Below are positions 50,001 through 62,570 of a DNA stretch of 64,000 nt, in pieces; position 1 is the first letter of the stretch, and each line of letters begins with the position of its first letter. Location of the stretch: the NCBI GenBank assembly GCA_973895155.1, contig OZ316891.1:12708771-12772770 (forward strand), read 5' to 3'. The stretch comes from Marsupella aquatica. Taxonomy: Eukaryota > Plantae > Marchantiophyta. The translations under genes were made by a program, and so were the position numbers. The notes under the pieces are model-generated. The model was not told where the DNA came from. It saw only the letters and a list, made by a program, of their open reading frames with translations, and did not search any database.

Positions 50001-53000
50001 GAAATGCCAATTCGGTTTCCTAAATCTGGGATGACATCTCGTCCCCTCGATTTGTCAATCACGCAGATTCCGATGTCAATGTTGTTGTAGCCTAAGTCCG
50101 GAGGCCAGATAATTGTCGGTGCATTGCTCCTTATATATCTGATTGGGAAACTAACTTGTGAGCGTGAGACTGGCAAGACTGGTGGATAAATAATCTGTCA
50201 TTGTTGGACGATGCTTGCAGTTCGGGGCATGATGTACTACAAGAGAGCACTAATTCTCGCAAATCTTCTAGAAGCACCAGCAACTGCAGGTACGTGACGT
50301 GAGAGGTTGCTGAATGCCTACGACTGTGAAATGGTTCCAGTCTCTCAGTTTATGACTAATCAGATTCGTAATTGGGAGGGATTTGAAGCTCTTACTTGTT
50401 ACGTTCAAATGTACAACCTAATAGTGGCCGATGTGTCTGATGTGAATACATTTGTATCACCTCCCAGATATCGAAGAAGGACTTCAATCTTTTGCCGGTG
50501 CTGGAGAAACTAACCCAGGCTTCCGAAAAGCCAGAGCGTTGGCTGAGCTAAAGTTTACATATGTTGTAACTTGTCAAATATATGGTCAGCAAAAACAAAG
50601 AAAAGATCCGCGAGCTGCAGATATTTCCTACCTGATGAGAAAGTATGCGTGCAGAATTCTTTGACGCTTTTTTCTTGATTGAGCTCATTTTTATCTTCAA
50701 CAACTGGACATAATCTATAATTTGAAAAAATGGTGTGACTGATAGCGTTTTTTTTGAGTGGTTGTGATGTTCTTCAGGTACGAATCTTTGAGAATCGCAT
50801 ACATTGATGTCGTCGAGAGTTTGAAGGAGGACAAAAACACGACGACTTACTATTCTAAACTTATCAAAGCAGATGCAGATGGCAATGACCAGGTACCCTC
50901 GAGTTCTGTTCAAGGCCCTTTTTTCCTCTCTGGATTCAAAAATAACTGTTCTTAGCTCTTTTATCACTGTCGATTTTGGATCTTGAGCTTAGTATGGTCT
51001 AAAACTTGGTCCTTTCTTTTGTTATCAGGAAATTTATTCCATCAAGCTTCCGGGCGAGTTCAGACTTGGGGAGGGGAAACCAGAAAATCAAAATCATGCC
51101 ATTGTTTTCACTCGTGGTGATGCACTGCAGACAATTGATATGAATCAGGTACTGGCTGATTCTGAGCAGGAATCGGGTTGGTCATTTTAAGAAATTCATT
51201 GCTTCTACGTCAGTGTTAATACTATTTATTCATTGCTAGACTGGAATTGGTCGTAGTTGTGAAGGACCCACCTAAGTTCCTGAAAAAAAATTGGTATGGT
51301 GGTAATTTATATGGGGGATATTCCAGTAGCAATCACATTGTATCTCTTGGGATGCCATATTTCAGGACAATTATTTTGAAGAAGCATTTAAGATGCGCAA
51401 CCTCCTCGAAGAGTTCAAGGATAAAAATTGCTTGAGAAGACCCACTATACTGGGTATTCGTGAAAATGTTTTCACTGGAAGGTATGTTGGGTTTAGGGTA
51501 GGCTGAGGACATTATGTAAATACTTAGAAGAACTACTACTCTGGTTTTTGGATCCTCGTTTCCAGGAGAAAACATTGATAGTAGTGCTTGTTTGAAATAT
51601 TTGCATACTTGGTACCTTTGTCTGATCGCGGCGCAGCTCGGTACAATGAGACGATCTTTATGACTTTTTTCCGTTCTTTGTGCAGTGTGTCTTCACTGGC
51701 ATGGTTTATGTCTCAACAGGAGACGAGTTTTGTGACATTAGGGCAGCGAGTCCTGGCTCATCCTTTGAAGTAAGTCACTCCTTTTGGACCCCAGACAGAA
51801 GAAAACAATCTGATGCAAAACATTGCTCATTCAGTTACTGTATTGCTGAACCCGGAGTGGTTTGGTTAGCTTTTCGTCTCATGCTATTGTCTTTTATCCA
51901 GAGTCCGGATGCATTATGGGCATCCAGATGTCTTCGATAGAATCTTCCACATAACACGCGGAGGGATCAGCAAGTCATCAAGGACAATCAACATCAGCGA
52001 GGATATCTTTGCTGGTAGTTTTTTCACTTTGCTGGAAGCCTCATCTTTGAGATTATAGTGCTATTGTTTAGTACAAATCTGAAGAGTTGTCAGAAGTTTT
52101 GTTGTGATCAATGATGAATTGCTCAAACGTTGCTTTTGAACAGGATTCAATTCCACTCTCCGGCAGGGTAATATCACCCATCACGAATATATACAGGTTA
52201 GTGTCCCCATCTTTCTGTGGATTGCGTAGAAACTAGATTTAGTTTGCAATAATTTATTGCTCTTGTGAATTGCGTGTCTTAATTTCATTTGATAAGACTG
52301 GGTGTCTTTCTTCTGTAGGTTGGGAAAGGACGCGATGTCGGTCTAAATCAAATTGCTTTATTTGAGGCGAAAGTGTCAAGTGGGAACGGAGAACAGATTT
52401 TGAGTAGGGATGTGTTTCGTCTTGGCCAACTGTTTGACTTCTGGCGAATGCTGTCTTTCTTCTATACGTCTGTTGGTTACTATATAACAACCCTGGTAAG
52501 TCACTGGATTTGGTTGTACTTGTGAATTTCATTTCATTTTTTATCACAAGAGTGTTCATCGATCAGTTTTTCTATGGGGCTAATTTTTGTTCCGTTGGAA
52601 TGTAGATGACTGCTTTGGTCGTGTATTTGTTTCTATATGGCAAATGTTATCTGGTAAGTGTTGAATTGTGCAATCCTCGTTGGTGTTATGTCCTTTCCTC
52701 TGCTCAGATGTGCGATCATGTTCTGCGGTCGCTTTTCAGGTAGACTTTTCAGGGTTTCTCGATTGAGTTTAATCGTCCGTTTTTGTGCTGGAAGATAACA
52801 GTGAAATTTCCATGAAATAACCAATTTGATCTCATTTTTCAAACAGGCTCTTTCAGGATTGGATCATCAATTACAGCTAGTGGCCGATATTAGTGGGAAT
52901 GCCGCTCTGAATTCTGCTCTCAATACACAGTTTCTTCTTCAAATTGGTGTCTTCACAGCCGTTCCCATGATCATGAATTTTATTCTGGAGCAGGGTGTTT

Positions 53001-55564
53001 TGAAGGTTTGAGCATCTCCCTTCTTCAACATGCCCTGAACCTTTGCGACAGATTTTCAATTAATGAAGTATCTTAGACTCATTTATTTTTCCATCTTGAG
53101 CTTGAGAGATGAATCTATAGATTCTAAGTACTGATTGGGCTTGACGTGGTTTTTGATGACTGCGATGAAGGCTATAATAAGCTTCATTACTATGCAACTC
53201 CAGCTCGCCTCTGTGTTTTTCACTTTCTCACTCGGAACGAAGACTCATTACTTTGGTCGAACTGTCCTACATGGTGGTGCGAAGGTGAGACTCAGTTTGA
53301 GGTTCAACGCTGTGATCAGGTCGTGTTCACACTTTATGTATCTTCTTAGAAACACAAAATCTGCAATGGCGCTGCCTATGAATGTGGCTATGTGCTGACT
53401 TCGTTCAATGTTACAGTACCGGGCAACAGGACGAGGGTTTGTGGTACGTCACATTTCTTTTGGAGAGAATTACCGTTTGTATTCCCGGAGTCACTTCATC
53501 AAAGCGTAAGTGTGCCTTCTGATCGAGTTTTAATCTGTAGTTCTTACATTAGCCTGTGAGTAGTGGTCTTATTCCTTCAGTATTCTTCATGCCTTCATTT
53601 AAATGGCCTAATTTCATGATTTAAAAATGTCAAGCACCTGGCTGGAGTTGCGCAGTGCTCAGCCGACCTTTAACATGACGTTTCTGAAACGCAGATTGGA
53701 AATCGCGATTCTACTTCTTGTGTACTTAGCTTATGGACAAGATAACTCGGGGGTTACATATGTGCTGCTTTCATTTAGCAGTTGGTTCCTAGCACTTTCG
53801 TGGCTCTTTGCTCCTTACTTATTTAACCCTTCCGGTTTCGAGTGGCAAAAGTAAGTACGCGCAACTCTTTCCACTACCATGACTGCCCAAGTTTTTCTGC
53901 CAAGCATTTATGGAGAAACTGTACCCTCGCACAACCTGGCATTGTTGACAGACGTGTTGTATTTGTTCAGGACTGTTGAGGACTTTGATGACTGGACGAA
54001 TTGGCTCTTTTATAAAGGAGGTATTAGTGTTAAAGGCGCAGAAAGCTGGGAATCGTGGTGGGAGGAAGAACAGGTAGTTTCTCTTGATTGTCACGGGAAG
54101 TTTGTCCCGCAAATTCTTCCCCGTCTTTCATTTTTTTTGTTTTGTGACAGCCACAAGGATTGTTATGGAATTTGCGTGGAAATAAATATATTCAATGTGC
54201 CTCTGTGTTGAGTTACTAATCATGCCAAGCTGAATATATTCAGGAACACATAAGGTCCTTGCGAGGACGAATATTGGAAATCATTCTCAGCCTACGGTTC
54301 TTCTTCTTCCAGTATGGTATTGTGTACTCTCTACACGTGTCTGGCAAAAGTACGAGTCTGGCGGTAAGTTCTTGCAGTCCTTCACAGGGAAATTTTGCCC
54401 TGTTGTTGATTTTTTCCTTCTGTGTGGGGAAATCCCGTCTATTTCTAGTTTTATGTACGTAGAATTGCCTCGATTTGGTTGGCGATGATCTGCCACATCT
54501 CATCAGATTATGAGATGCGATTAGTTTAATGCTAGTATTTGACCTCGTTGGTCTTGAATCATTTTCTTGGTGTTTTAAGTATTGATTCCATTCCATCCAT
54601 TCCCCTCTACATTGCAAGGTGAAGGCTGAAATCGTTGCACCGATCTCTAAATCGAACCCCAAAATCGTATCTGGCTCTTTGCTGTGCAGGTGTATGGATA
54701 CTCTTGGATTGTATTTATCGGTGTCATCCTCTTGTTCAAGGTGCGCTGATTTAAGAGATTGGCAGTACGGTAGCAAATTTTATTTTTATAGAGAATTTAA
54801 ACCTCCACCCACCAGGCAATCCCGGCTCTTTTGAGAGGCACTGGGAGACTACGGCACCAAAACAAGCCTGCGGAGACGTCTCATCTCTTGGAGTCGGGCT
54901 GCATGTGACCATAGTTTTCTTCATACTCCTGACTCTATTTGATGTATCTTTCACAGGTTTTCACCTTCACAAATCAGTCATCTGTCAACTTCCAACTGAT
55001 TCTACGACTGTTCCAAGGAGTACTTTTCTTGGCAATCTTGGCAGCCATCATTGTCTGTATTGTCTTCACAGCGTTGACAATCGGTGATTGCTTTGCAATT
55101 ATTTTGGCTTTCATCCCCACGGGTTGGGGCCTTCTTTCTGTAAGCTCTTTCACTCTTCTCGAATATCAACAACATAGACGGCAACCTCTTTTCCCGCAAT
55201 AATAATACATGATGGTCCTCAACCAGAGGGAATCATATGTTCGTCCTAGACGTCTTTTTTGTCAGCTTAATTGACTGGGTTGAAGTGTTTTTACTGACAG
55301 TTCCTAATTGTCGTCTGCCAGATTGCCTTGGCCGTGCGGCCAATCTTAGAGCCGTTACGTTTGTATGATATTGTTCGATCGGGTTTCCGCCTGTATGACG
55401 CCTTGATGGGTGCCGTCATTTTCACGCCTATCGCGATCCTGTCATGGTTCCCATTTGTGTCAACGTTCCAGACACGGCTTATTTTCAACCAAGCCTTCAG
55501 TCGTGGGTTGGAGATATCCTTGATTCTTGAAGGAAAGGAGAAATCCGAAGATCCAGAAGAGTGA
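38065..55564 (+). CDS. CALS: Callose synthase (1,3-beta-glucan synthase, GT48), GSL8/GSL10 (CalS10/CalS9) type, about 51 exons
   Basis: One continuous frame assembled by eye from exon 1 (38065-38293, NWEHLVRKAL, VPPSL, AAEEIQ..DPQVARI) and exon 2 (39608-39705, LDPQSEGRGVLQFKTGL) through NQRENLVLLL, LLIWGEAANLRFLPECLCYIFH, WRNYDDFNEFFW, PHNLEARRRL, LRLWASFRGQTL, GEGKPENQNHA, RMHYGHPD, SEDIFAG, HEYIQVGKGRDVG, KYRATGRGFV to the last exon 55322-55564 (FQTRLIFNQAFSRGLEIS). Confidence 0.96.
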
Positions 55565-56380
55565 AATTTCACACTCTCGAGGTCGTCTCGTGGAGCTTCG
55601 TTTTAGGAATCAGGACAGTGTTTTATTTTTAGGGGGTCAAGCACGACCGTTCCTGCAAAGGCCAATTTGTACAGCTTTTATAAGGTGTAATTGTTAAAAT
55701 TTTCTTCTCAGTAAAGTTTTGAGGTGTTGACAAATCAGGATCAGGGAGGAAAGAAATTACTTCACTCTAATCAGTTGTAGGAGGGCTGTATTATTTCAGC
55801 TCCCGAGAAGTGCACCACCGAGCTAAACGGGGAAAAAGACCTTATCATTCATACCTGAACCATCATATGGTGGAGCATGTCGTATTTGTCTACGCTGGAC
55901 CAAACTTTCTGTGTTGCAGTGCTATTGTTGTTTTAAAGGCGCAATCAGGCTTGCTCCATTCTCTCTCGATGGTCATCAAGCAGTATTTATCTCTCAGATT
56001 ACAATTCATTCTTCGGCTACGAATCTGCAGGACAAAGGATATGCTTTGCTTGAGGCCAGGGAAGTGGGATCACACTTCTCGTAGACCCACGATTGGAGAG
56101 AATTTCAGACCATCTTGGATAGAGGAGAGAATTCGATTGTGGAACAACTACGGTAATCCAAATGGGCCGTGTATCCTCTCGCATAGAATGTCTGGGAGCT
56201 ATTGCATGTGAGGAGAACTAGTTTGGAGGAGCGTACGAGGACACTATTCAGTGTGCAATGTCCACCAAACCTGGTAACAGTCAAGTCCAGATATCCAGGA
56301 TATTCTAATAGCACTAACCTGAGTACCTCTGGTTTGCGCACAAGTAAGGGAGACCCTTATCTCGGAAATGCACCTCCTGT

Positions 56381-56570
56381 AGCTGTCTGACCCAACTCAC
56401 AGGCATAATAGAAATGTCAATGTTTTCTCGAATCAAAAAAATGACCAGTGAATCAAAAACATGACCAATTAGGGAGCTGTCTGACCCAACTCACAGGCAT
56501 AATAGAAATGTCAATGTTTTCTCGAATTAAAAAAATGACCAATGAATCAAAAACATGACCAATTAGGGAG
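56381..56570. repeat. Tandem duplication, 94 bp x2
   Basis: agctgtctgacccaactcacaggc...atgaccaattaggg at 56381 and 56475 with about 2 substitutions. Confidence 0.9.
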
Positions 56571-57095
56571 TCTCAAAGTCTGGCCTTAACAAGATAAGGC
56601 TCTCCCATAACTCAAATTTACTGGAACTCCCATTAAAGTTATGGAACTCTGTGGGTTGAAATTTGAAATTCGAAGTGGCAGCTGTAGGAGAACTAAAGAA
56701 AATTGAAATATGCTACGAAAGCTGAGGCAGTAACTCCTTCCTTGTGCTACCTCCCCACATTTTAAAAATCCATTAACTAGGTCCCATAACCATAGTAACA
56801 GGATGGACCACAAATTCATAACTTTCATTAGTGACCATGCTCTATTTGTTTCAGTCTAGGATAGTTTATGAATCTTAAATTCAAATAGGTGACCCTATTC
56901 CGAAGTATAGTCTGATAGATTTAGGTCTCAAATCTTATTACTAATTTGCAGAGAGAAGGGTGTAGGGTTGACTGTCGACCAAATGTATGTCAATTGAGAG
57001 CATGCTAGGATGTATGGTATGTCAAAATGGTGGACCATGCATGCTGATTTTTGTTGTCATTCAAAGAATGGGCATCCAAGCCCCTAAGAGTAAAG

Positions 57096-57255
57096 GACTG
57101 GTCACCTACAGCTCATGCACTTGAGGGGAAAGTAGATGGAAAGATTCATCTCACTCTAGGGTAGGTTATGAATGATAGATTGTTCTCAAGTTGGAGTAAA
57201 GACTGGTCACTTCCAGCTCATGCACTTCAGGGGAAAGTAGATGGAAAGATTCATC
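57096..57255. repeat. Direct repeat of ~55 bp
   Basis: gactggtcac.t.cagctcatgcactt..ggggaaagtagatggaaagattcatc occurs twice. Confidence 0.85.
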
Positions 57256-58665
57256 CTGCAGTCAAGTCACTAGCAATCCAATTATCACACAAGTATGCAA
57301 TCTGAAATTTTGCATGATGTGTGAAAGTTGTACTTTGAGATCTAGGTTGGATTTATCCCATCCCTACATACTAAAAATAGGTATAAAATATTTGTAAAAC
57401 TGATATTTACATGTAATTGGAAATACTAAAACATGAATGATCAGACAAATTAATGCATTGTCCTCCGAAACCCCAAAGTGACTTCTTGTAGAGATCATCC
57501 AAATCAGATTTAATCTCTGTTCCCATCATTTCATGTAGCATTAGCCCACACTAGCCCAATTACCCAGTTCTTATTGCGGTCGAGTGGTCATTTTAGAAAT
57601 TTGATTATTACACATATTTCTTTGTTGCTGGTCTTTGCATTTATTGGTGCAAGGCCTATCCCTCCTTCCCTGCCACCCCCCCTCATGAACACCTGCACAT
57701 GTGACAACCCAGTGGAAGCCTGTAGCCCCACTTTCCAAGTATCAGTTGGATATAAGTCGGATGCCCCACAAAAGCTTGGGATGCGGGTTGCATACTGTAG
57801 TTAGTGTACTCTCACTGGTGCACACCAAACAGCAGCACCATCGGGGATATTTAGCAAGGCAGTAAGGCACCAGCATCCAGGTTCTTGAACGGGACTTGGG
57901 TTTCCCCTTTGTCCCTCCTTTCACACTCACTCAAAGTGGCTAATGTTGGTTCAAACCACGAGAAGAGTTGGAGCATCAGATGCACTTGCCAAAGCAGCTG
58001 CAGGGCATTTGATATCGAAAATGAAAATGCTGCCTTGTGATCATTGATCAACCTTGGCAGGACTTTGTTCCGGGAGCAAAAATATCCCTCAATCTCAGCC
58101 AGGCTCAGGAGTAAAACTTCCTGGCTGTGACATTGGGGGTTCATAAAATAGGGGGTCTGGGATATGAGACCACGGACGCTTGTGGCTGCCCGGTACAGCT
58201 TGAAACGAATGCCTGCCAAAAGTGAACGGACTTCCAAAATGGAGGTCCCGTACGTGAGCTACAAATATCCTATGACTTGTTTTGGCACAGGTGAACTTCT
58301 TTGCGTTCATCTTTTCTTGAAGAATAGCTCCCAACCTGCTTTGATGGGCCACTTCAAACTGTCTTCCCCTTTTGTTGCAGGGTCGGTAAGTGGTGACCGG
58401 GGCCAACATAGTAGGGCGTCTCAAACTCACATGTCTTTATTCCCAATTGGCACTGGGTAAATCCTTGCGCAGGCCGCCCGGATCAGGTGGTTGGCCCACC
58501 AATTTGGCGACCTGAAGTTTTACCCTGGGTTTTTAATGACCTGGTTGTCAGTTGTGTCTGCTATGTAGGCTTTGCTGGATCGCTATGTCCGCTTTGTCCG
58601 CTGTGTGTACTATGCTGGACCTGTTTGGGTTTGAGGCAAAGTGCAGGCCCCCATGTTGGGTACTA

Positions 58666-59000
58666 CACTGTTCACCGCAATTAGTCTTGGTAAAACTATT
58701 TGTGTAGCCTACATTTATGGGGCTTACTCTTTAGTGAAGTACGCATTAAGTACTACGGACTAACACTAATAGTGTACGCATTAAGTAACATTAGTGTAAC
58801 ACTACTTTTGGATCTGCATAACACTATGTGGATAGAAAAGGTAATACTAATTCTGTTTGTGGATAATGCTATTTGGAGACTTTGCTTGGAGGCCACATTC
58901 CAAAACCTATTACTTCTTACAAGAAATACTGAGAGGGTTCCAATACACACATACAAAAGACATTCTCCCTCACCTTAAACAGTTAGTGAGAAGAGTGTGT
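58666..59000. mobile_element. Degenerate MITE related to 33211-33583
   Basis: Left end TA-CACTGTTCACCGCAATTAGT and internal GACTAACACTAAT/ATTAGTGT motifs; right end uncertain. Confidence 0.4.
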
Positions 59001-59905
59001 TTCATGCACCCAAGATCACTAGAAAAAAAAGGAACAATTAGGGAGTCTAAACATGGCTGCACTGCTTGCCGACCCATGTCAGCCCAAATCAGGAGTAGGA
59101 CCATACAAATTTGAATTGCTCTACTACAATTCAAACCAGATTTAAACCCTAAGTAGTCTTAGCCCAAAAACCCACCACACAAGGGTGTTATTTTCTATTC
59201 AAACCTGCCCTGCTCTTAAAGAGTCACATGACAAAACTTGGATCCACTAGGTTTCACCTTTTTTAGTATCATTTTCCCAAAATTGTGGAGCAAAGTCTCA
59301 CCCTAGAAGAGAGAAATGTGAAAAAGTGAGATATCTTGGACACTTCTCCACTGGTGATTTAAATTAGTATTATACACATTAATTAGAGACTAACACGAAT
59401 TCCAAGATAGGATCCAGAGGGAGTTAGCATCCACCTTGTTACCAGGAGTCCCATCCTGGTTGCAAAACGTTGTCAGCCATCCCATCCCAGCGTACACGTC
59501 TCCACTTCCTGTAGTTTTGCCGCTTCGTTCAACGGAAAAGGGATTTTTGAAATTTCGATTGTCGATGCGAAATCTTTCGAGAATTGTCAACATTCGGTGA
59601 TGGAAGAAGATCGACGAAAGCTCTACTGTGTTTGATGTGGAGAGAGGCGCAGTCCATGCTCAACACTGTTTCTGGACTTCTCGTCAGGATTTGTGTCCCT
59701 TGGCCATTCTCTCCGCTCAAGACTGAAGTATCCATCTATCACCTCGGTCGAGTGTCCCGCGAAGGTTTGCAATTTGTTGTCTGTGATGATGTGTCTCGGT
59801 TTGAGTTGCTCCATATCCATTCCAATTTGGTGATACTCCCTCCCCACCGTGAAGTCTGGTCCAGAGAAAAAAGGTTTGCAAGGATCTCTGTTAGTCAGCA
59901 TCGGC

Positions 59906-62570
59906 ATGAAGTGTGCGCAATGCGAGGAAGCAGAAGCTAGTCTGCGGTGTGTCGATGAAGATCTTCACTTCTGTGGTCAGTGTTCCGCCCTGTTGCACAA
60001 AAAGAAGGCACGGCTGCATCATGAAGTGGAACCCATTAGGGCAGCTCTAGTATGTGACGAGTGCGAGGATGCGTTGGCAGAGGTCGAGTGCTTGCAGTGT
60101 GGAGGCCTGAAAACGGCCCTGGTGTTCTGTCTGGCTTGCTCGGGTAACCTTCATTCCCGAGCCGCCAGGGCTGGTCATCATGTAGGCTTGATCAATAGGC
60201 TGAAGAAACAAGGCAGAGAGAAGTCCGTCCAAGGGAGGATTGTCGTCGATCTCACTGGCTTCGATTCGGACGAGGACAATGAGGATGTCAATCCGCAGGA
60301 GAAGGAGACCGTCTCGAGATTGACATTTGCAGGAAGACTTGGTGTGAAAGAGGAAGCAAAAGACTGTAATTACAAAAGCAAAATAGTAGGGACGAGGATA
60401 GATTACAGGGACACTGATGACACAAGCATCACGAAGAGTCGGAAAATAAAAAGTGAACATTCGAATTCAGTGTCCCAAACCGAGGAAGGAAGGCAGCGTA
60501 CCATTGCCAGTTTGGTCAAATTTGAAGATGGAAATAATGATAAGAAAGAAAGTAGTCCTGAGAAGCGGCGACGGAGGCCTTTCGCAAAGACATCGGCACT
60601 AAAGCAGGAACCGCACCACTCACGGGGAGAGAGTAGTTGCACTGATTCCGAGAGAGACGAAAGCGATGACGAATTCGGTGGTGTGCACCGAATCAAGAGA
60701 GGAACGGTTTCGTTGGAAGCATTTGTCGTCGACGCTGACGATCAAGATGATGGCCCTTCAGGTACTTCAGAAGGTCTTGTGAAATCCTTGTTGGTTCATG
60801 ACTTTGTAAGCAGACATACGACTTTGCAAATATGAGTTGATTCGATTGACGGAGGATCAGCACCACGAAATCAAGGTTACCTTCGTGATATATTATCGTA
60901 CCTTTCGGCTCAACCTGCCTTCCATGAAACCAATTTAAGGCGAACTCTCTCTGCCAATTCTACTCTTATGTGTTCCTCTCGATCAAGGTAGTATTAAATT
61001 TCGCCGAAATGGTATCCTTTCGTTTTCACAGAAATCTGAGATCCTTCTTCGTGCGCGTGGGCTTAGCTAGATTCTAAAGTGTTAATCTGTCAGAGCGATT
61101 GCAATTATACGACCTCCCTCCTCCTTCACAGGTGCTGTTCCAGATGACAAGGTGGAAGCAGGCATCAGGAAGAGAATCAAAAACATGCTCGAGTTGGGGC
61201 TACACCCAGACACACCCGAGTTCGAGGCTCAGCAGGCATTGAAAAATGCACAGCGCCTCCTTACGAAATACAATCTAAAACAGGTGTGGAAAACAAATTT
61301 AGTCAGTTGGTTATAACGACACATATCATGAGCAGCGTAGAGGAGTGTTTGACGTACTGGAGATGGAGTCAAGAGTGCAATTTTCTATCATTTGGTCAGA
61401 GACAAATGCAACCAATTTTGTGTCATCGCTGAGCTTTAACGTTTATTTTTTCTTCCAATTGCCTTCCTGGTGCAGGCAGAGGTGTTGAAAGGTAACTTGA
61501 CAGACACCAGCTCATTGGTTGGAGGGATGCGAGTGGTGGAGCTGCGAGCAAGAGGTAAAGCCAAACCAGGGCGAATGGACGCCTGGGTAAAGGAGCTGGG
61601 CTGGGTTATTGCAGATAATTTTGATTGTCAGTATTTCTTCAAGACGGGAACGTCTTCCAAGCCTTTAAGAGTGAGTCCCTTTCTCACGTCACCACGACAG
61701 AAAGGTTTTTAATGTGAATAACACGCATTCTACTATTCAAACCTGCCAGATAAAGCATCCTGTTGTTATTTTGGGCGTGACCACGGCCCGTTGCAATCGC
61801 CCAGAACTATCTCTTTTGGGGGACTAAAGGATTTTGACTCCAGGGTTGAAAGGGGAAAATGAACTGAGACGTTATCAAAACTTACTGGAGTGAGATGGGC
61901 TTGCCTGCAGGTAGTGTTCTATGGGATAAGCTACAATGCGGATTGTGCAGGTTATGCCTTCGCGGCAACTTACAATCGGATCTCTACAATGGCGGCCTTG
62001 TATGTTGCATGTAAACCATCTGATGATGATGATGATGATGATGAAAAGGAAAATCTGGACTCGAAGCCCAAACAGGTCAACGCAGGAATCTACACTAGAA
62101 TTGCTAGGACGAATTATCGCAAGGGTGTCGTGGCAGGGCTGAAGGAAGCTGTCAAAAGCGCCCAAAAGATGAGGAAAGAGAATGTATCAAGTTACGAGAA
62201 GAAGAAGCCTGGTGCTGTGCCGTGCAGTGATGCTGATGAATTTGCCTCCTGTGAAAGCGATGGAGGGGATGATAGTTGTCTCTCTCCTAGCAGCCCAAAG
62301 TTTCCCTATGACGATGATAAGAAGCATACGACCCGAGTGGCTGAAAATTGTAAGGCAATCACGGCTCTCGTATTGCATTCTCAAAAAGTGGGCGAAGAAT
62401 TTCTGAAGCAGAAAGGAATTAAGATTAGAAAGAGAACCATTCAAAGCCGGATTGCGGCGTGGAATGAGGAGGCGTTTGGGCGAGGAAAAAAGGATGCGAA
62501 AACTATTGATATCAATCAGAAAAGCATCACCGGCGCCAAGGTGAGAAAGTCTAAAGGCTCACGCGATTAA
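59906..62570 (+). CDS. Tandem B-box zinc-finger + DUF2786-type domain protein (~620 aa, 4 exons)
   Basis: Exons 59906-60761, 61132-61283, 61476-61670, 61911-62570 (GT-AG, phases 1/0/0, 1863 nt). Two B-box patterns (CAQC..C.DE...FCGQC....H.......H; CDEC..CLQC...FCLAC....H.......H). Exon 2, absent from the ORF track, encodes IRKRIKNMLELGLHPDTPEFEAQQALKNAQRLLTKYNL (DUF2786 pattern); then W..EL...IADNFDC, VVFYG, NYRKGVVAGL, AFGRGKKDAKTIDI. Confidence 0.85.

Noticed and set aside
57851-58460. Overlapping 98-128 aa ORFs
   Set aside because: No recognisable family or splice structure; probably repeat-derived or intergenic.
60762-60835. Donor TTT|gtaagc at 60805 or stop at 60835 making a B-box-only protein
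   Set aside because: A phase-0 donor does not fit the best phase-1 acceptor at 61131; 60761 gives a continuous frame. A short isoform cannot be excluded without RNA data.
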